Shown piece by piece: positions 39,232 through 52,478 of a DNA stretch of 64,000 bases. Every line of letters begins with the position of its first letter. The stretch's first letter is position 1. Position numbers and translations under genes: made by a program. This stretch comes from Octopus bimaculoides (taxonomy: Eukaryota). The DNA lies in NCBI RefSeq assembly GCF_001194135.2, contig NC_068983.1, forward strand, positions 108,958,872 to 109,022,871. Reading direction: 5' to 3'. The notes under the pieces are model-generated. The model worked only from the letters and a program-made list of their open reading frames with translations, was not told the origin of the DNA and made no database searches.

Positions 39232-40329
39232 ATATGCTATGTATAATGCTGCATGACAGAGGTTTTCAATGCAAAATATTTGGTAAGCCAAATGGAAATG
39301 AATGGTAAAATGCACTCTGAAAATGGTTGGTGACTGAGTGGAGTCAACCTATTGGCTTTGTTAAGGTGTTGGTGTCACAATAAAATGCCGCCACTACATT
39401 TTGAGGGATGGATGATATTAGGATAGGCACCCTGTTATGGAAACCAAGGCAGAAATAGAAGTGGGTACAAGTGAAACATGGGTTATTCAACCTGTCAAGG
39501 AGGGCAGTAACTCTGATTAAGAAATAACTTGAATCACCATGATGAGCTATCCACCACATGCCAGTGTGTATACAGACATAAAATAATGATGTTAATGATG
39601 ATATTAAAACATACTGGTAAGAGGAAGGCCCAATAATACTGATTATTTTCAATTAACTATGAAGCAAATTTTTATCATTGACAAACTTGTCTCCAGTATA
39701 TATTCATTATCACCTTGTGCATCCTAGTTTTACAATAAGTTCAACACATTCCTGAATGTTGAAAGAGATACCTAAAAAGGTTGGTATCAGAAAGGGCATT
39801 TGGTCAATTATATCATATAGCACTAAAACACTGTCCTTATATCTTAGGACAAATCACATGATGAGATTTTCAAAGGAAAGAGTTTAACTGAGTTAATCAG
39901 TCTCAGTACTAATTTTATTGGTCCTAAAGAAATTAAAGGTAAAGTTGACCATATTTGAAATCAGAATGTAGAAATAGTTTGTCTTCTTTTTCTTTAGGAA
40001 CAGCATGTCATATTCTTTACTAAATGAATTATTATAATTTCTCTGCTTATGCAAGATATATAAGGTTTTAAGAGTATTTCTTTTGCCATTTCAGTAAATA
40101 CAGGTCTTCAATCTTGCTTCTGCACTTTTTTCTTACTGTTTATGGAGACAGTTACTTTTGATAAAACAGCTAGGGGTATGTAGGCCATACCTAATGATAG
40201 TTAGCCTGTACGTGATGAATGAACAAAAACAAGAAAAACACAAGAGGGACAAGTTTTTGCAAAGGTATAATTAATTTCATGCTAGCTGTGGTGTTATGGG
40301 CTGTGATGAGCTATGTGGTGTTAGTGGAG

Positions 40330-40498
40330 TGGGATCGCGGATGAAGCAAACGGAAGTGAAGACCGGAGGGGCCGGCGGAAGTCGGCCACAGGCGGATGCG
40401 TGGTCAGTGAGCACGTGCGGACAGTTGCAGCAGAGACGGCATGCGTAGAAGTTGTTGTTTGATCTGGAGTGATCGTTTATCCCGCCACGGTCGACAAG
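40330..40498 (+). promoter_or_regulatory. CpG-rich promoter and first exon of a plus-strand gene
   Basis: The only strongly GC/CpG-rich non-repeat block in the window. It has ETS-type CGGAAGT motifs at 40351 and 40376, a CACGTG E-box at 40412, and a consensus donor AAG|gtaagg at 40498/40499. Confidence 0.7.
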
Positions 40499-43400
40499 GT
40501 AAGGGCACTGTATTTCTTTCTCCCTTTTGCTTCTTGTTGTCTTTTTCCTCCATCACACCACACTAGCTTATGTGCATGAATTGAAAGATGAGTTTTTGAA
40601 GAAGAAAAAAGTAATATTTTAGATATTATATCATGATATTTATTAAAAGCAAAGCCAAATTAATATGAATAGGATGTCTTAAATCAACACCTAGTTTACA
40701 CTTTAACCAGCTCTAAAATCATAAAGGAACAATAATTATTTGTAATAAGATTTGTTAAATTCCCAGGATTAATGGTTATAAATTTATGTTGACTTTGTTT
40801 CAATTTCAAATTAAATATCTTGAAGGGAAATTTTCTTTTATTACCTTTTATATTAAAATACAAAATAATTATAATAGAATTTACTATAATTGGTTATAGA
40901 GTTAAGTAGATATGTTTTAGATAACAAATAAATGAGCTACTTAAAGAAGTGACTGAAGGCATGTATAATAAGTAGGAAATTAGTAACCAAAACACAGAAA
41001 TTAATTAGTTCTTCCATATTAAAATACTTTTACAATTATTAGAATAAATTTTTGATTACTAGAATCCATTCATATCAAGAAATTAGCAATCATTGTTTTG
41101 TCACCAATTGAATAGTTTGTTTGAAGTGAATATTTATATTTACTGCAATAAGACTTTTGTTTTTAATATTTTTCTCAACATAAGCAGAAAGACTGAACTG
41201 AACCTGAATTAGGGATTGCATCATTATATAGCTTTCTAGCTTTCACTACATTAGAATCTTCTAAATTCACATGAAAATTGCTACCAGTAGATGGCTTCAA
41301 AAGCTTATGTCACAGAACACTCTAAATAAACAATGGATAAATTCTATTATTTCTACACAGTTAAAAATAAAGTTGCTGCAGGCTTGTTAACTTTTACACA
41401 ATTTGGAATAGTTCAATGCAATTATTCATAATATGCCTTATAAGCTATGGAAACAATGAGTATATGAAATATATTCTCATTAAATAAACTTTGCAAGCAT
41501 ACACTGAGTATTATAACTGAAAATAGAAAATGTCTATAAATTTGATCAACATTTACAAAGCAGAATATAATATTACCCACTTTTTTTCTAACTATACAAT
41601 TTCATCACTATCACATCATGTGTATGGAAATAGATTCATGTTTGATTGGTAAAATAAATAGATAAAAAAAATTTGTTAAATAATTCATGTCTTAACTCAG
41701 CTAGGTATTGTAATAATAATATATACTGATCAGTTCTTTCCACACTATTTCACTAAAATTCTAATAACAATGATGTAAAAAGTAATAATAAATAGCTCAA
41801 ATTTTCTGAGAGTAACTTTCAAACTACCTCATCTTCAAACAAGAATTTAGACAATTTTTCTCTTGTTGATGAAAATGGCAATAATTTAAAGAAATTGCCA
41901 TACAAAGAGACCTTTACAAAGAAACTTACATAACAGTAGGAAGATCAGATTATCATTTTGTATGTTAGCACAATAGAAAAGCTAAACATTGTCCAACCTG
42001 TTATTTGAAAGAAAATTATTTTATAGGAAAGCTATAAAATATCCCAACCATCATAAAAAAGAAAAAATTGAAATTTATATGCTGCCTTGCAAAAAATAAT
42101 GTATTTGTAAAGTAGTATGATATATAAATGGGAGAGGTCTAACATCCAACAATCACATTAATAAAATCATAATAAAAAGTGAAACATTATACACTGATAT
42201 CAAATCTTATATTTGATTGGCTAAAAGATGTGTTAAAAATATGAATGCTGCCTGCATATTAAAATGGTAATAAATTTTACAGCTCTCAGATTTGGGACGT
42301 AAGGTAATAAAGAATGTTTTGAGTTAAATGTTTAATGGTTAAATAATGTGAGTTGGAAATCATTTCTTCGATTGACATACAGCCAATTTTTGTAGAAGGT
42401 TATATTCAAATCAAGCAATTCAAGCATTGTACAAGTACAGGTTTTATCAATCCTCACAGAATTCGGAATTAGGACTTGGGAGTATGAAGCTAAACACTGT
42501 AAGGTATTTAGTAAATTATTACTTATGTCAGCACTCTCCCTCCCTATGACACTGAAAATGTAACATATGAAAATATTTGCTTGGTTAGTTTTTTCATTAA
42601 ACTGATGCTAAATTGTGAAAATCAGAAGCAAGATGACAAAATATTCTATCAAGATAATTTTTTTTCTTTTAATGCTAAAATGGGCAATTTGATAAAGAGT
42701 GATTGACCTTGGTCTTGAGAAAATGAGATAAGAATAAACTGCAAATTTGAAAAAAATAATAATAATATTAAAAAAAACCATTATATAAGGTAAAAAAAAA
42801 TTACTTTGAAGTTTATAAGAGTTTCAATATTTGACTAATGTTTAAGATAATATGAATTTAAGAATATCTTTGCAAGTTGTAATCTATTTTATCTTAAACA
42901 TTTTGTTTTCTAGTAGTCTAAATATATAAATTGCTTGCTATCTCAGATTTAATTTTTATATAAAGAAAAGTCTTATGTCATTCTGTGAATACCTTATATT
43001 ATTAATCTCTAAGACAAGATCAAGCATAAAAACATCAACATTTTTACTTTCAAATACCTGAAATAAGGATCAAACTCTATTTTAGAGCAAAATATAGTTT
43101 TTTCTCTAAATTTCAAAAGCAAGGCAGTTAAGTTTTTAAAAATTTCTTATATTAGGAAGTACAGGCAAATTATAGATAAATTAAATATCATTTAAGCAGA
43201 CTAATCATTTCCAAGTTGAATCAACTCTACTTTTCTGATTTTCCTCTACCTTTCAACTTGAACTCTTTCCCGTACAGACTCCTTTTATATCTCACTGTTT
43301 AATCCTTTTGATACCAACCCACCTGAGACTACCCCAGTTTCTATGATATGAAATTCCTGTTTTAAAATCACTTAAATTAAAATCTACCATCAAAATTTCA

Positions 43401-44615
43401 TGTTATTTATGTTCCAAACACCAATTATATTTTACTAAATTCTTCACATTTAGAATTAAATAAAACAAAGGTAATATATTACAACAGAAACATATTAACA
43501 AAAGAGTTTTTAGAACTGGTTAGATGGGTTACTGATATTTGGTTAGGCTGATTAGACTGTTATTACCCATATTAAATCCAAGTCTATTTTACATTTTTAT
43601 GAAACCATCTATTTATATAAACTTAATGATTACAATAGTTACTTGCCAGAGGCCGTATTGCTATAGCCACTTGTGGTTTATATATATGTATATGTTCACC
43701 AAGAATAGTATAGCTACATCTTAATGAGGGGTGAGGGGTGAGAATTAGACAGGTTATCTGTCTGTGTTTGCAGAGGTGAGAAGAGGGGAGAATATTGTGT
43801 TCATGGTATACAAAATGATTCTTTTTAACATGAGGTCAAGCAGCTGACCCAGAATCTTCCTCATCTATCTTCTCTGGGATCTCTCAAAGCTTTTCACTTA
43901 TTGTCCCACACTTCCATATTCATAACCAAACTTTGGTGAAAGACTCATGGAAATTTCAATTCCAAGAGTTTCCATCGAATTTTCCATCAAAATTTCCATC
44001 AAATGATTGCAGGTCAGAATTCAGAGCAAGTCATCTGATATGTTGTGACTTGCTTCTTATCTCAGAGCTACTGCAATTTCAAATCTAAGCCCAACTACAA
44101 GTTAAAGACTAATTTATATCCTTCTCTCTTTCATCTCTGAAGAAGGACCCAATTCAGACATTAGATTTTCATGTTTATCTTTCTCAGTTCTATTAGAAAA
44201 GGAATACTTGGATTGACTCAAAAATTATTTGATAGTTTATATGATGTTTTATTGATGATTTGTATGATAATATATGTAATATAATTACAGACAAATGGTA
44301 AATAATTGCACAGAACATGCTATAAATAAAGATGCATGAAAGGGAAGTATAACTCTAGTTGAATAATACCAAGTCCCATTTATTAATATATAACTGACAA
44401 AAATGTTGTTCTAGAAAAATTTGGTCCGAAAAGATAAAAGCATTTATTGATAGTAAAAGTAAATTGTAGTGTTGTAGGAGAGCTGAATCTGAGAACAAAT
44501 TGTAATACTTGATGTTGCCATGTCACTAAAACTCACTACTCTAGCATTACTACAATATATTTCCATCATATACTCAGCCAATAAGCTTATGGAAGCAGAG
44601 ATATTTTATTAAACC

Positions 44616-44664
<49 letters not shown>

Positions 44665-44795
44665 TAAATTCAAATTACGCCAAACATAAACAAACAAGCG
44701 AAGCTTGCTTTTAGAAGCGTTGAGATGTATTTTTATAGAAAGTTAAGGAAGTGATGTTTAAATTCTCATCTTAATTTGCAGAGGAATTTGTGGTG

Positions 44796-44870
44796 GGTAG
44801 TTTAGCTTAATCGGCAAAAGCATCGTCACATGTAATGACGGGGATGTGAGTTCGAGTCCACAGCTGGCCA
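44796..44870 (+). pseudogene. tRNA-like sequence (Thr-TGT-like anticodon): pseudogene or SINE head
   Basis: A-box TAGCTTAATCGG, D-stem GCTT/AAGC, stem CGTCA/TGACG around loop CATGTAA, B-box GTTCGAGTC, and a T5 terminator at 44878. The acceptor and T stems are imperfect. Confidence 0.6.
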
Positions 44871-44966
44871 CCTACACTTTTCTCTGCAAAAATAGGGATA
44901 GTTTATCCTGTTCAGGCTATATTATTAGCATTATTCTGCGATTGAGTATATATATATTATTAAACC

Positions 44967-45012
<46 letters not shown>

Positions 45013-45924
45013 TACAGATATAGTTTCTAAATTAAAATATATTTCAGAGAACTAAACTTAAATTTGTTACTGCTAAATATAAGTAGATGCATCTCAAGCT
45101 AATCATAACATCTAAGCTGCTTACTACATGAACTTCAATAATTTTAATAAAGAATTTGGTATAGTTGACAGGCCCTCACATTATCCGTAATTTCACAGGA
45201 ATTAAATCGACATATATTTAGATTGTACTATATTCATCTAAACACTTAAGCAGTTTCAGCATGAAAGGTTGTAAGCTAAGAGTAAAAGAAATACACATAC
45301 AAATTTTGAAAATTTCTAATATAATACACAACTATTTTTAGAGAATCATTCTCAGTTTCTCTGGGGTTTTTTTTTTGTTTTTAGATATATTTCATTATAT
45401 TTTATACACAACTTATTTTTTTGAAAAATACTTTAGTCAAATTAGAATGGATTTTATTTTTCTAATTATCTTTAGTTAAGAATTTAGTTCTGAAGTTGAT
45501 ACTTTTTTTCAAATTTCAGATAGAAAGCTGATTTGAAGTTTTGCATGATTAAGAAATTATTTTTATATCCTTCAGAGGCTATTAATTTCTGAGATATTTG
45601 CTGTTTTAATAACAGATTTTTATGTATTTATTTTCTATCCAGGCCATTGATTCTCCTAATTGCAAAATATTCTTCAGAGTTGTGTAAAACAATTTCTATT
45701 TTTACCTTGTACGCCTCAGACTCGAAGAAGACTCGAAGAAAGACAATTCTAAGAACATGTCAACAAGGACTGTGAGACAAATTAGAGCAAATGTCCCATG
45801 CTTGGTAACATAATGGTACTGATAATAAAGAGTAACATTTAGTTTTATAAAGAATTAAATCAAATATGTCAGCATTATATTCCAGAGAGAAAAATATGAA
45901 CATTATTATTTCCAACGTATAGTG

Positions 45925-46110
45925 GTGAACTGGCAGAAAGATCAGGGTAATGGACAAAATGCCTCACAGTATTTCATCTGGCACTTTATGTTCTGAGGTC
46001 AAATCCTGCCAAAGTCAACTTTCTATTTCATCTTTTTTGGAATCCAATAAATAAAGTACCAGTCAAGTACTGGGGTCAATGATCTTGACTAAAGCCCTTC
46101 CCACAGGCTT
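45925..46110 (+). mobile_element. Deu/Nin-domain SINE
   Basis: aactggcaga head, gttctgaggtcaaatcc B-box, and tttcatc...aataaataaagtaccagtcaagtactggggtc. Confidence 0.7.
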
Positions 46111-46194
46111 CAGGCTTAATGTCTTTATCAGAAACAATTTTAGAGCAACTGCTGTCATCATGTATTATACACATTTGCAGCTCATTGATGACAC

Positions 46195-46434
46195 TCTCTT
46201 TTACTTGTTTCAGTCATTTGACTGTGGCCATGCTGGAGCACTGCTTTTAGTCGAGCGAATCAACCCCAGGACTTATTCTTTGTAAGCCCAGTACTTATTG
46301 TATCGGTCTGTTTTGCTGAACCACTAAGTTACAGGGACGTAAACACACCAGAATCGGTTGTCAAGCGATGTTGGGGGGACAAACACAGACACGCAAACAT
46401 ATACACACACATACATATATACACNNNNNNNNNN

Positions 46435-46467
<33 letters not shown>

Positions 46468-46619
46468 GATGGGCTTCTTTCAGTTTCCGTCTACCAAATC
46501 CACTCTCAAGGCATTGGTCAGCCCGAGGCTATAATAGAAGATACTTACCCAAGGTGCCACGCAGTGGGACTGAACATGGAACCATGTGGTTTGTAAGCAA
46601 GCTACTTACTGCACAGCCA
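46195..46619 (-). mobile_element. Near full-length bipartite SINE with internal microsatellite and gap
   Basis: Reverse complement of the 22881-23270 family. Confidence 0.9.
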
Positions 46620-46832
46620 ACAAAAATTTTCCCAATTAAAAGTGGGTTCTCCCATTGGATGAAGCCATAGCATTGCTATGTAGTTAGGAAGAAAATTTCA
46701 TAACTACACAACCATGACCGTGCTCATCTTTTATCTGTTTCACTCACTGGACTGCAGCCATGTTGGGGCACTACCTCGAATGGTTTTAGTTGAACAAATT
46801 GATGCCAGTACTTATTATTAAGTATCACTGTA

Positions 46833-47040
46833 AGGAGGTGAGCTGGCAGAATCATTAGCATTAGCTTAGTGACATTTCATTTGTCTTTGTCTTGAGTTCA
46901 AATTCTCCTGAGGATGACTTTACCTGTCATCCTTTAGGGGCTGATAAAATAAGTAGCAGTTGAGTAGTGGGGTTAGTGTAATTGACTCAACCACTACCTC
47001 CAAATTTCAGGCCTTGTGCCTATGGTAGAAAGGATTACAA
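46833..47040 (+). mobile_element. Deu/Nin-domain SINE with intact tRNA-like head
   Basis: aggtgagctggcagaatcattagca, gagttcaaattc, and tcatcctttaggggctgataaaataagtagcag. Confidence 0.75.
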
Positions 47041-48227
47041 GGTGTCACTGTAGGAGGGGAGACAAGCAGCTAAATTTCCTTTAAATCACAGACCTTTTCG
47101 TTTGAGAATATTCTCAAAATTATTTTTATCTCTTTTTATTTACAGAAAAGGTTTCCCCAATCATTATTAAGTGTGTAGTGCCAAAAGACTGACCAAAATT
47201 GCTCTCGAGTGTGGTGAAGAAAAATCATAAATTTTCAAACATTTTTTTCTTAAAAAGCTTCCCCACATCCTTTCCAAGGACAAGGTAAAAAAAACAAAAA
47301 CTGGAAAAATCCCCATCGAAACGTAGAAAATCTAATTTACGTGGACATTCTGATCTGAATCTCTGCTGTTTACAACCATTTTTAAATAGTCCATTAAAAT
47401 TTTATTGAATTGGTATCATGTCCTGAAATCTCAGGATTTATTTAGTTCTTTACCTACAACAAATGTGTCAAAACTGAAGCCCTTGTGGCTTGTACTTTTG
47501 AATTTAGCTAGGCCTGAAAACATTGCAAAATCGACTGTTTCTTACATGCAACAAAATAGGCTTTACATAAATATTTTAAAAATTGCCAAAAAAAAGTTTC
47601 ATTTTCAAGAATCTGAAAAAAATGCTATCCTATGGAAATTATAAATTCCTGCAATTTGAAGATGATTATCACATCAGTTTTAAAGATATGACATCACAAA
47701 TATGGCTAATTATTCATTGAGGTTTAATTGAGCAAGATTTTGACCAATTTGCTGACCATTCAAACTGTCAGATTTCCTAAAATATTAATCCAAATTTCCC
47801 AAATGAGGTATCAAGATGTTCCGTTTTGGATGTTCTTCAAGAAAAAATAGAGTAGAAGTTGGATTTAAATATTTTCAAAAGTTTATAGAGATACCTATTA
47901 TTATTTTTTAAAGCCTTTTTCTACTGGTCTTTTTTGTTGAACTGCTGAGTTACAGAAATATAAACAAGCCAACACTGGTTGTTAGGCAGTGGTGAGGGAC
48001 AAACACAAAGGCACACATACACAAACATATGTATACATACATACATACATACATACATACATACATTTTAGGAAGTTAAATGTTATGGTCACTATGATTG
48101 GCCATAACATTTAACTTCCTTAAAAATATATTACTGCTCTAATGATTTAGAGTGTGCTTCTGTTTTAGATATGTGAACTGCAAACAGGAAAAAGAGAACT
48201 CAAAATATGAGTATATGTATATTCTTA

Positions 48228-48330
48228 TTAATATTTAGCAGATGTAACAGAGTGACTCAAGTTCCAAGAGTTTGCCACTGCACGAAACTCTCAGACCTTG
48301 AGTCACTCTGGCACTTCTGCTAAATATTAA
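48228..48330. repeat. MITE-like or pre-miRNA-like long hairpin
   Basis: ttaatatttagcaga..cagagtgactcaag pairs with cttgagtcactctg..tctgctaaatattaa; the inner arms are gagttt/aaactc. Confidence 0.8.
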
Positions 48331-48552
48331 TGTGTGTGTGTGTGTGTCCAAATTGAGGGAGTGAAGCAAGTAAAATCCAGGCTATATATGCTCCCTGTCT
48401 AGTAGATCCTCAGGAGTAATGATTACACAACAAGGAGTACTCTGCTAGCTACTCATCGGTCTGAAGGTGCCTTAAGTATATCAAGCTGACATTGTCGTTA
48501 AGGAATCTCAAGTTAACTTGCTGGAGATATAATTTGAAATGCATTTCATCAC

Positions 48553-48594
48553 AACTGTCTGACGAATGGGAATGTGGAAAGCTGAGTAACAGTT
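48553..48594 (+). ncRNA. Decayed type-I hammerhead-like motif
   Basis: AACUGU-CUGACGA-(weak stem II)-GAAA-GCUGAG-UA-ACAGUU. The 6-bp stem I and the core are intact; stems II and III are poor. Confidence 0.4.
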
Positions 48595-48696
48595 TCATGA
48601 CAATTTTTCAGCTTTAATAAAAGCATGCAATTCTATCTTTGGTATGCGAGTACTATTTTATCCATCTTGTTTTGCACTTATGTGCTCACCTGTGTG

Positions 48697-48747
<51 letters not shown>

Positions 48748-49115
48748 ATGTATATATATAATAGGAGATGTTTTGGTATCCAGAAGACCCAAAAGGCTGC
48801 GAAGGCTATTTATAAATGTCTTAGGAATATCAAATTGCTTTGGCCTTGTTATCTTATTTTATTTAACACACACACACATTCAACCCTCGATTCAATAACA
48901 CCGTGTACAAACACTATATTTGGAATGACCAATTTTAAATACTATTGGAACTTACTCACAAGATACTGGAATCTTATATGTATACCATTCTGCCTAAATA
49001 ATGGATCTACAGATGCAATATCCTTGCATATCTCACGTCTATTTTCATTCCGCCACTTCAGTCTCTATTTCATATCTTATCTAAAATAACTATTGCTTAG
49101 CCCTTTTCTCACACC

Positions 49116-49163
49116 GTCTCTGATGAAGGGATACATAAAATATCCCGGAAACAGCTGTAAGAC
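49116..49163 (+). ncRNA. Minimal type-I hammerhead ribozyme with canonical core
   Basis: GUCU-CUGAUGA-A-GGGAUA CAUAAAA UAUCCC-G-GAAA-C AGCU G-UA-AGAC: 4-bp stem I, 6-bp stem II, palindromic stem III (ACAGCUGU), GUA cleavage triplet. Confidence 0.75.
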
Positions 49164-49219
49164 CTATTTATAAATGTTCTAAAATCTTTCACAGACTTGG
49201 ATTTTTATCTCATTCTGAA

Positions 49220-49329
<110 letters not shown>

Positions 49330-49333
49330 TACA

Positions 49334-49496
49334 TGACAGGCTTCTTTCTGTTTCTGTCCACCAAATCTACTCACAAGGCTTTGGTCAGCCTGGGGCTATA
49401 GTAGAAGACACTAGTCCAAGGTACCACACAGTGGGACTGCACCTGAAACCATGAGGTTAGGAAGAAAACTTCTTACCATACAGCCATGCTTGTGCC
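49334..49496 (-). mobile_element. Bipartite SINE, 5' half
   Basis: Reverse complement of the 22881 family head. Confidence 0.8.
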
Positions 49497-52478
49497 TTTA
49501 TATATGTATGTAAATATATCATTTATTGGGGCATTAGAAATGCTTGCTTATATTTGCCTATATCTGATCTTCAGCAGATTTTGAGAAATGGAACAAAAGG
49601 ATCTGATTGGTTAGCATTATAATAGATATTTGATAAACAGAGAAGGGGAGAGCTTTCTAGTTAGAGGAAAGGTAATGAAAATGATATAAACATATATATG
49701 AAATATTATGACAGATGAATTGTGCATGTTTGCGTGCGTACGTACGTGTATGTGTGTGTGTGTGTGTGTGCGTGCGCACGTGTTTGTGTATATGGGAGAG
49801 AGAGGGAGAGCGACAGACGATATAAAAAAAAAATGCATGTGCATAAAAATCACCTAACTGTGCAAGGACTGTGCAAGGGGAATAACTCAAACTGTTTAGC
49901 TGTATTTAAAACCCATAAACTTCCGAAAATATAGGTTATCATACCTGTTCTATTCCAAGTAATTTAAATATTGTTGGAACAATGCATTTGAAGGTTATAT
50001 TTAGAAAATAAGTATTTTGAAGATAGACATTTCAGATCTTTTATTTAAACCATAGATTTATTGAGGTACAATCAATAAGATTTAACTGTGGTATTAATTT
50101 ACAGAGCAAATCCTGAAGAAAGCCAAAAGGTACATATGGAAAAGGTTGTTCAGTGATTACTTGGAAAAGCTTATTGCAAATTATCCCTAGATTCTTGAAG
50201 GAATTAAATATATTGATAGAAATGAGCATGTGGCAATTCTCAGCTATTCCAGTATGAATCTTTCATATACTGGTATTTTACACAAAGTAAGAAATATTTT
50301 ATGCAATAATGTCTAAAATATAGATTCCAATAATTTCACATAATAGTTTTGTGTGATCTCATGGATACTTCAAGCAATTATTCTCTAGGTGACTAATCAT
50401 AAAAGAAATTTCTAGTATGATTAATTACTATGAGATTCAGTAATTTGATGCTGATGCTGACAAGAGCTAAAATTTTGAGAAAGCAAGATTTAGAAATTTC
50501 AGTATAAAACTTTATATCAAATAGTATATGTTTGTTGTTGTCCCAGATAAACCAGTCTGCTATGGTATACTATTTTTCTGTAAATGGGAGAGAAATTTCT
50601 GTCTAATTGTTGACTAAATATTAGAATATCCTTGCAAACTATAGCTAATTTGGTTTTAGCAGTGTTGATTGGCCTCCATTTACACTCACTAGAAAATTGA
50701 CTAGTGTTCTATAAGTGTAATGTATGTAGTGTGTGTAAGACTATATATCTGTATTAAGAGTAGCCATAATTTCTTTAGGTTTATGGAAATTATATTAATT
50801 GGTTGTAGATATTTTGTTACTCATTTTCTTAAATAATAGTTTGTTATATGCATTTCTGCCTATGCTATAATTTATCTTATATCTTCTTGGATGATACGTA
50901 GCTTTTTCTGGAATTGTATAAATATGTAATTATATAATATTCTTGCTTTGAGAGCTTTGAAAGTCATTGTGAACATTTCTGAATTTTACACACTTTCACC
51001 AATGTTGAATTATCTATTTCAAATAGTGCCATTTCGTTGATTATTTTTAGTTTTTTTTCTTGTTTTAAATTAAACTTCATAAGTTTCAGGTGTGACTTTG
51101 TTGAAAAAATATGGCAAACATATTATTCTAATAAAATCTTCAGATTTTTTGATTAAGCATTTTAAGTGATATTTTTTACAGATGAAATGGCGAAATTTTG
51201 CTAATATTATTCCATATTCTGCTGGTAAGGCTTATTCTGTTTTCTTATTCTGTGTTCTGTAAAAATGAGCTACAAATGTAAACTTACAAGTATAACAAAG
51301 ACAAAAGTTGAGATACATATTTTCCCAGAAGTTGCAACTTAAACACGTAATCAGAATGTTTGAATTGCATAACAAATGTTGCTGGGATAAAATAGAAGAA
51401 AAGGATCTAATTAGTTGACAAAATAACTCTTATTTTGTAAAAATAGAGAGTAGAAATTTTCCAGTTTGAGTAGGGAAGAGAGTTATGCAAAATAATATAA
51501 ATATGTATGTGAAATATGAAAAAGTATGAAAGTCTTTATAAATATTGGGCAAGAATATAAAAAAAGTGTAGCTTGTATAAAAAAAAAAACTGAACTGTCA
51601 TTATGCCTTAGTGAAATATTCATTTTACTTCAAGAAATCCATAGTAAAAATATAATTCAAAATACAACAGAATATGGATTCCATAATGGATTATTTCAGA
51701 AAATTCTGAATATTTCAAATAATATGGAACATAAAACCTCCATTTCTGGACATCTAAAATTTTGTAGTTAGTCTATTTTTTTTTTAGCACAAAAATTATA
51801 TTTTACTATTTTTGCACACATATAAAAGTTTTTCCATATCTGTTCAAATAATTTCATGTAAATATTCATTAGCTGTCATCCTCTCCTTATTTTTTAAATA
51901 GCTGTCATACAATCAACCGAACAGATCCTTATGTTCTAATGCATCCAATTACTGGTTGTTTCAAATAAATTATTGAGCACTCTTCTTTCTGTATGGGTGC
52001 ATGTGTTTCTGTATACTTATATATACATGTACAAGTATATATATGATATTTATCTCTCACTGGATGGAGCACCCAACATTTTGTTAATCTCACCAATAAT
52101 GGAACAGTGAACTGTACAAACACACACACACGCACGCATAAATGTGTGTGTGTATGTAGAGGTGTGTGTGTGTGTGTGTTTACATATACATGTATTATTC
52201 TTTCACAAGAATAGTATTGACAGTGTCTTTGGAGTTTTGACCAGCTAAGCCTTAATAAGACAGTGCAATGACTGCTTAGCTGGCTGAAACTTCTAAGTCA
52301 CTGATACTGCTATTGAATACTATTAAAGAACAATGCTATTAAAGAAAAATAAATGTGTACTTTACTGAATATAATAAGTAATTCTTCAATTTAATGTAAA
52401 ACTGTTTTTATTAGAACATAAATACAAACATTAATATATATATATAATATATAACGTGAGAGAGTTAGGGGTTGGGGG

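Noticed and set aside
44130-44170. ATCT-CTGAAGA-AGG...AGAC-ATT-AGAT hammerhead-like relic
   Set aside because: The GAAA core and stem II are broken; at best a long-dead copy.
47145-47284. Plus-strand exon-like segment with a good acceptor and an AAG|gtaaaa donor
   Set aside because: All three frames are closed and the donor is weak. It could be a UTR exon, but there is no support, and the surrounding region looks like DNA-transposon debris.
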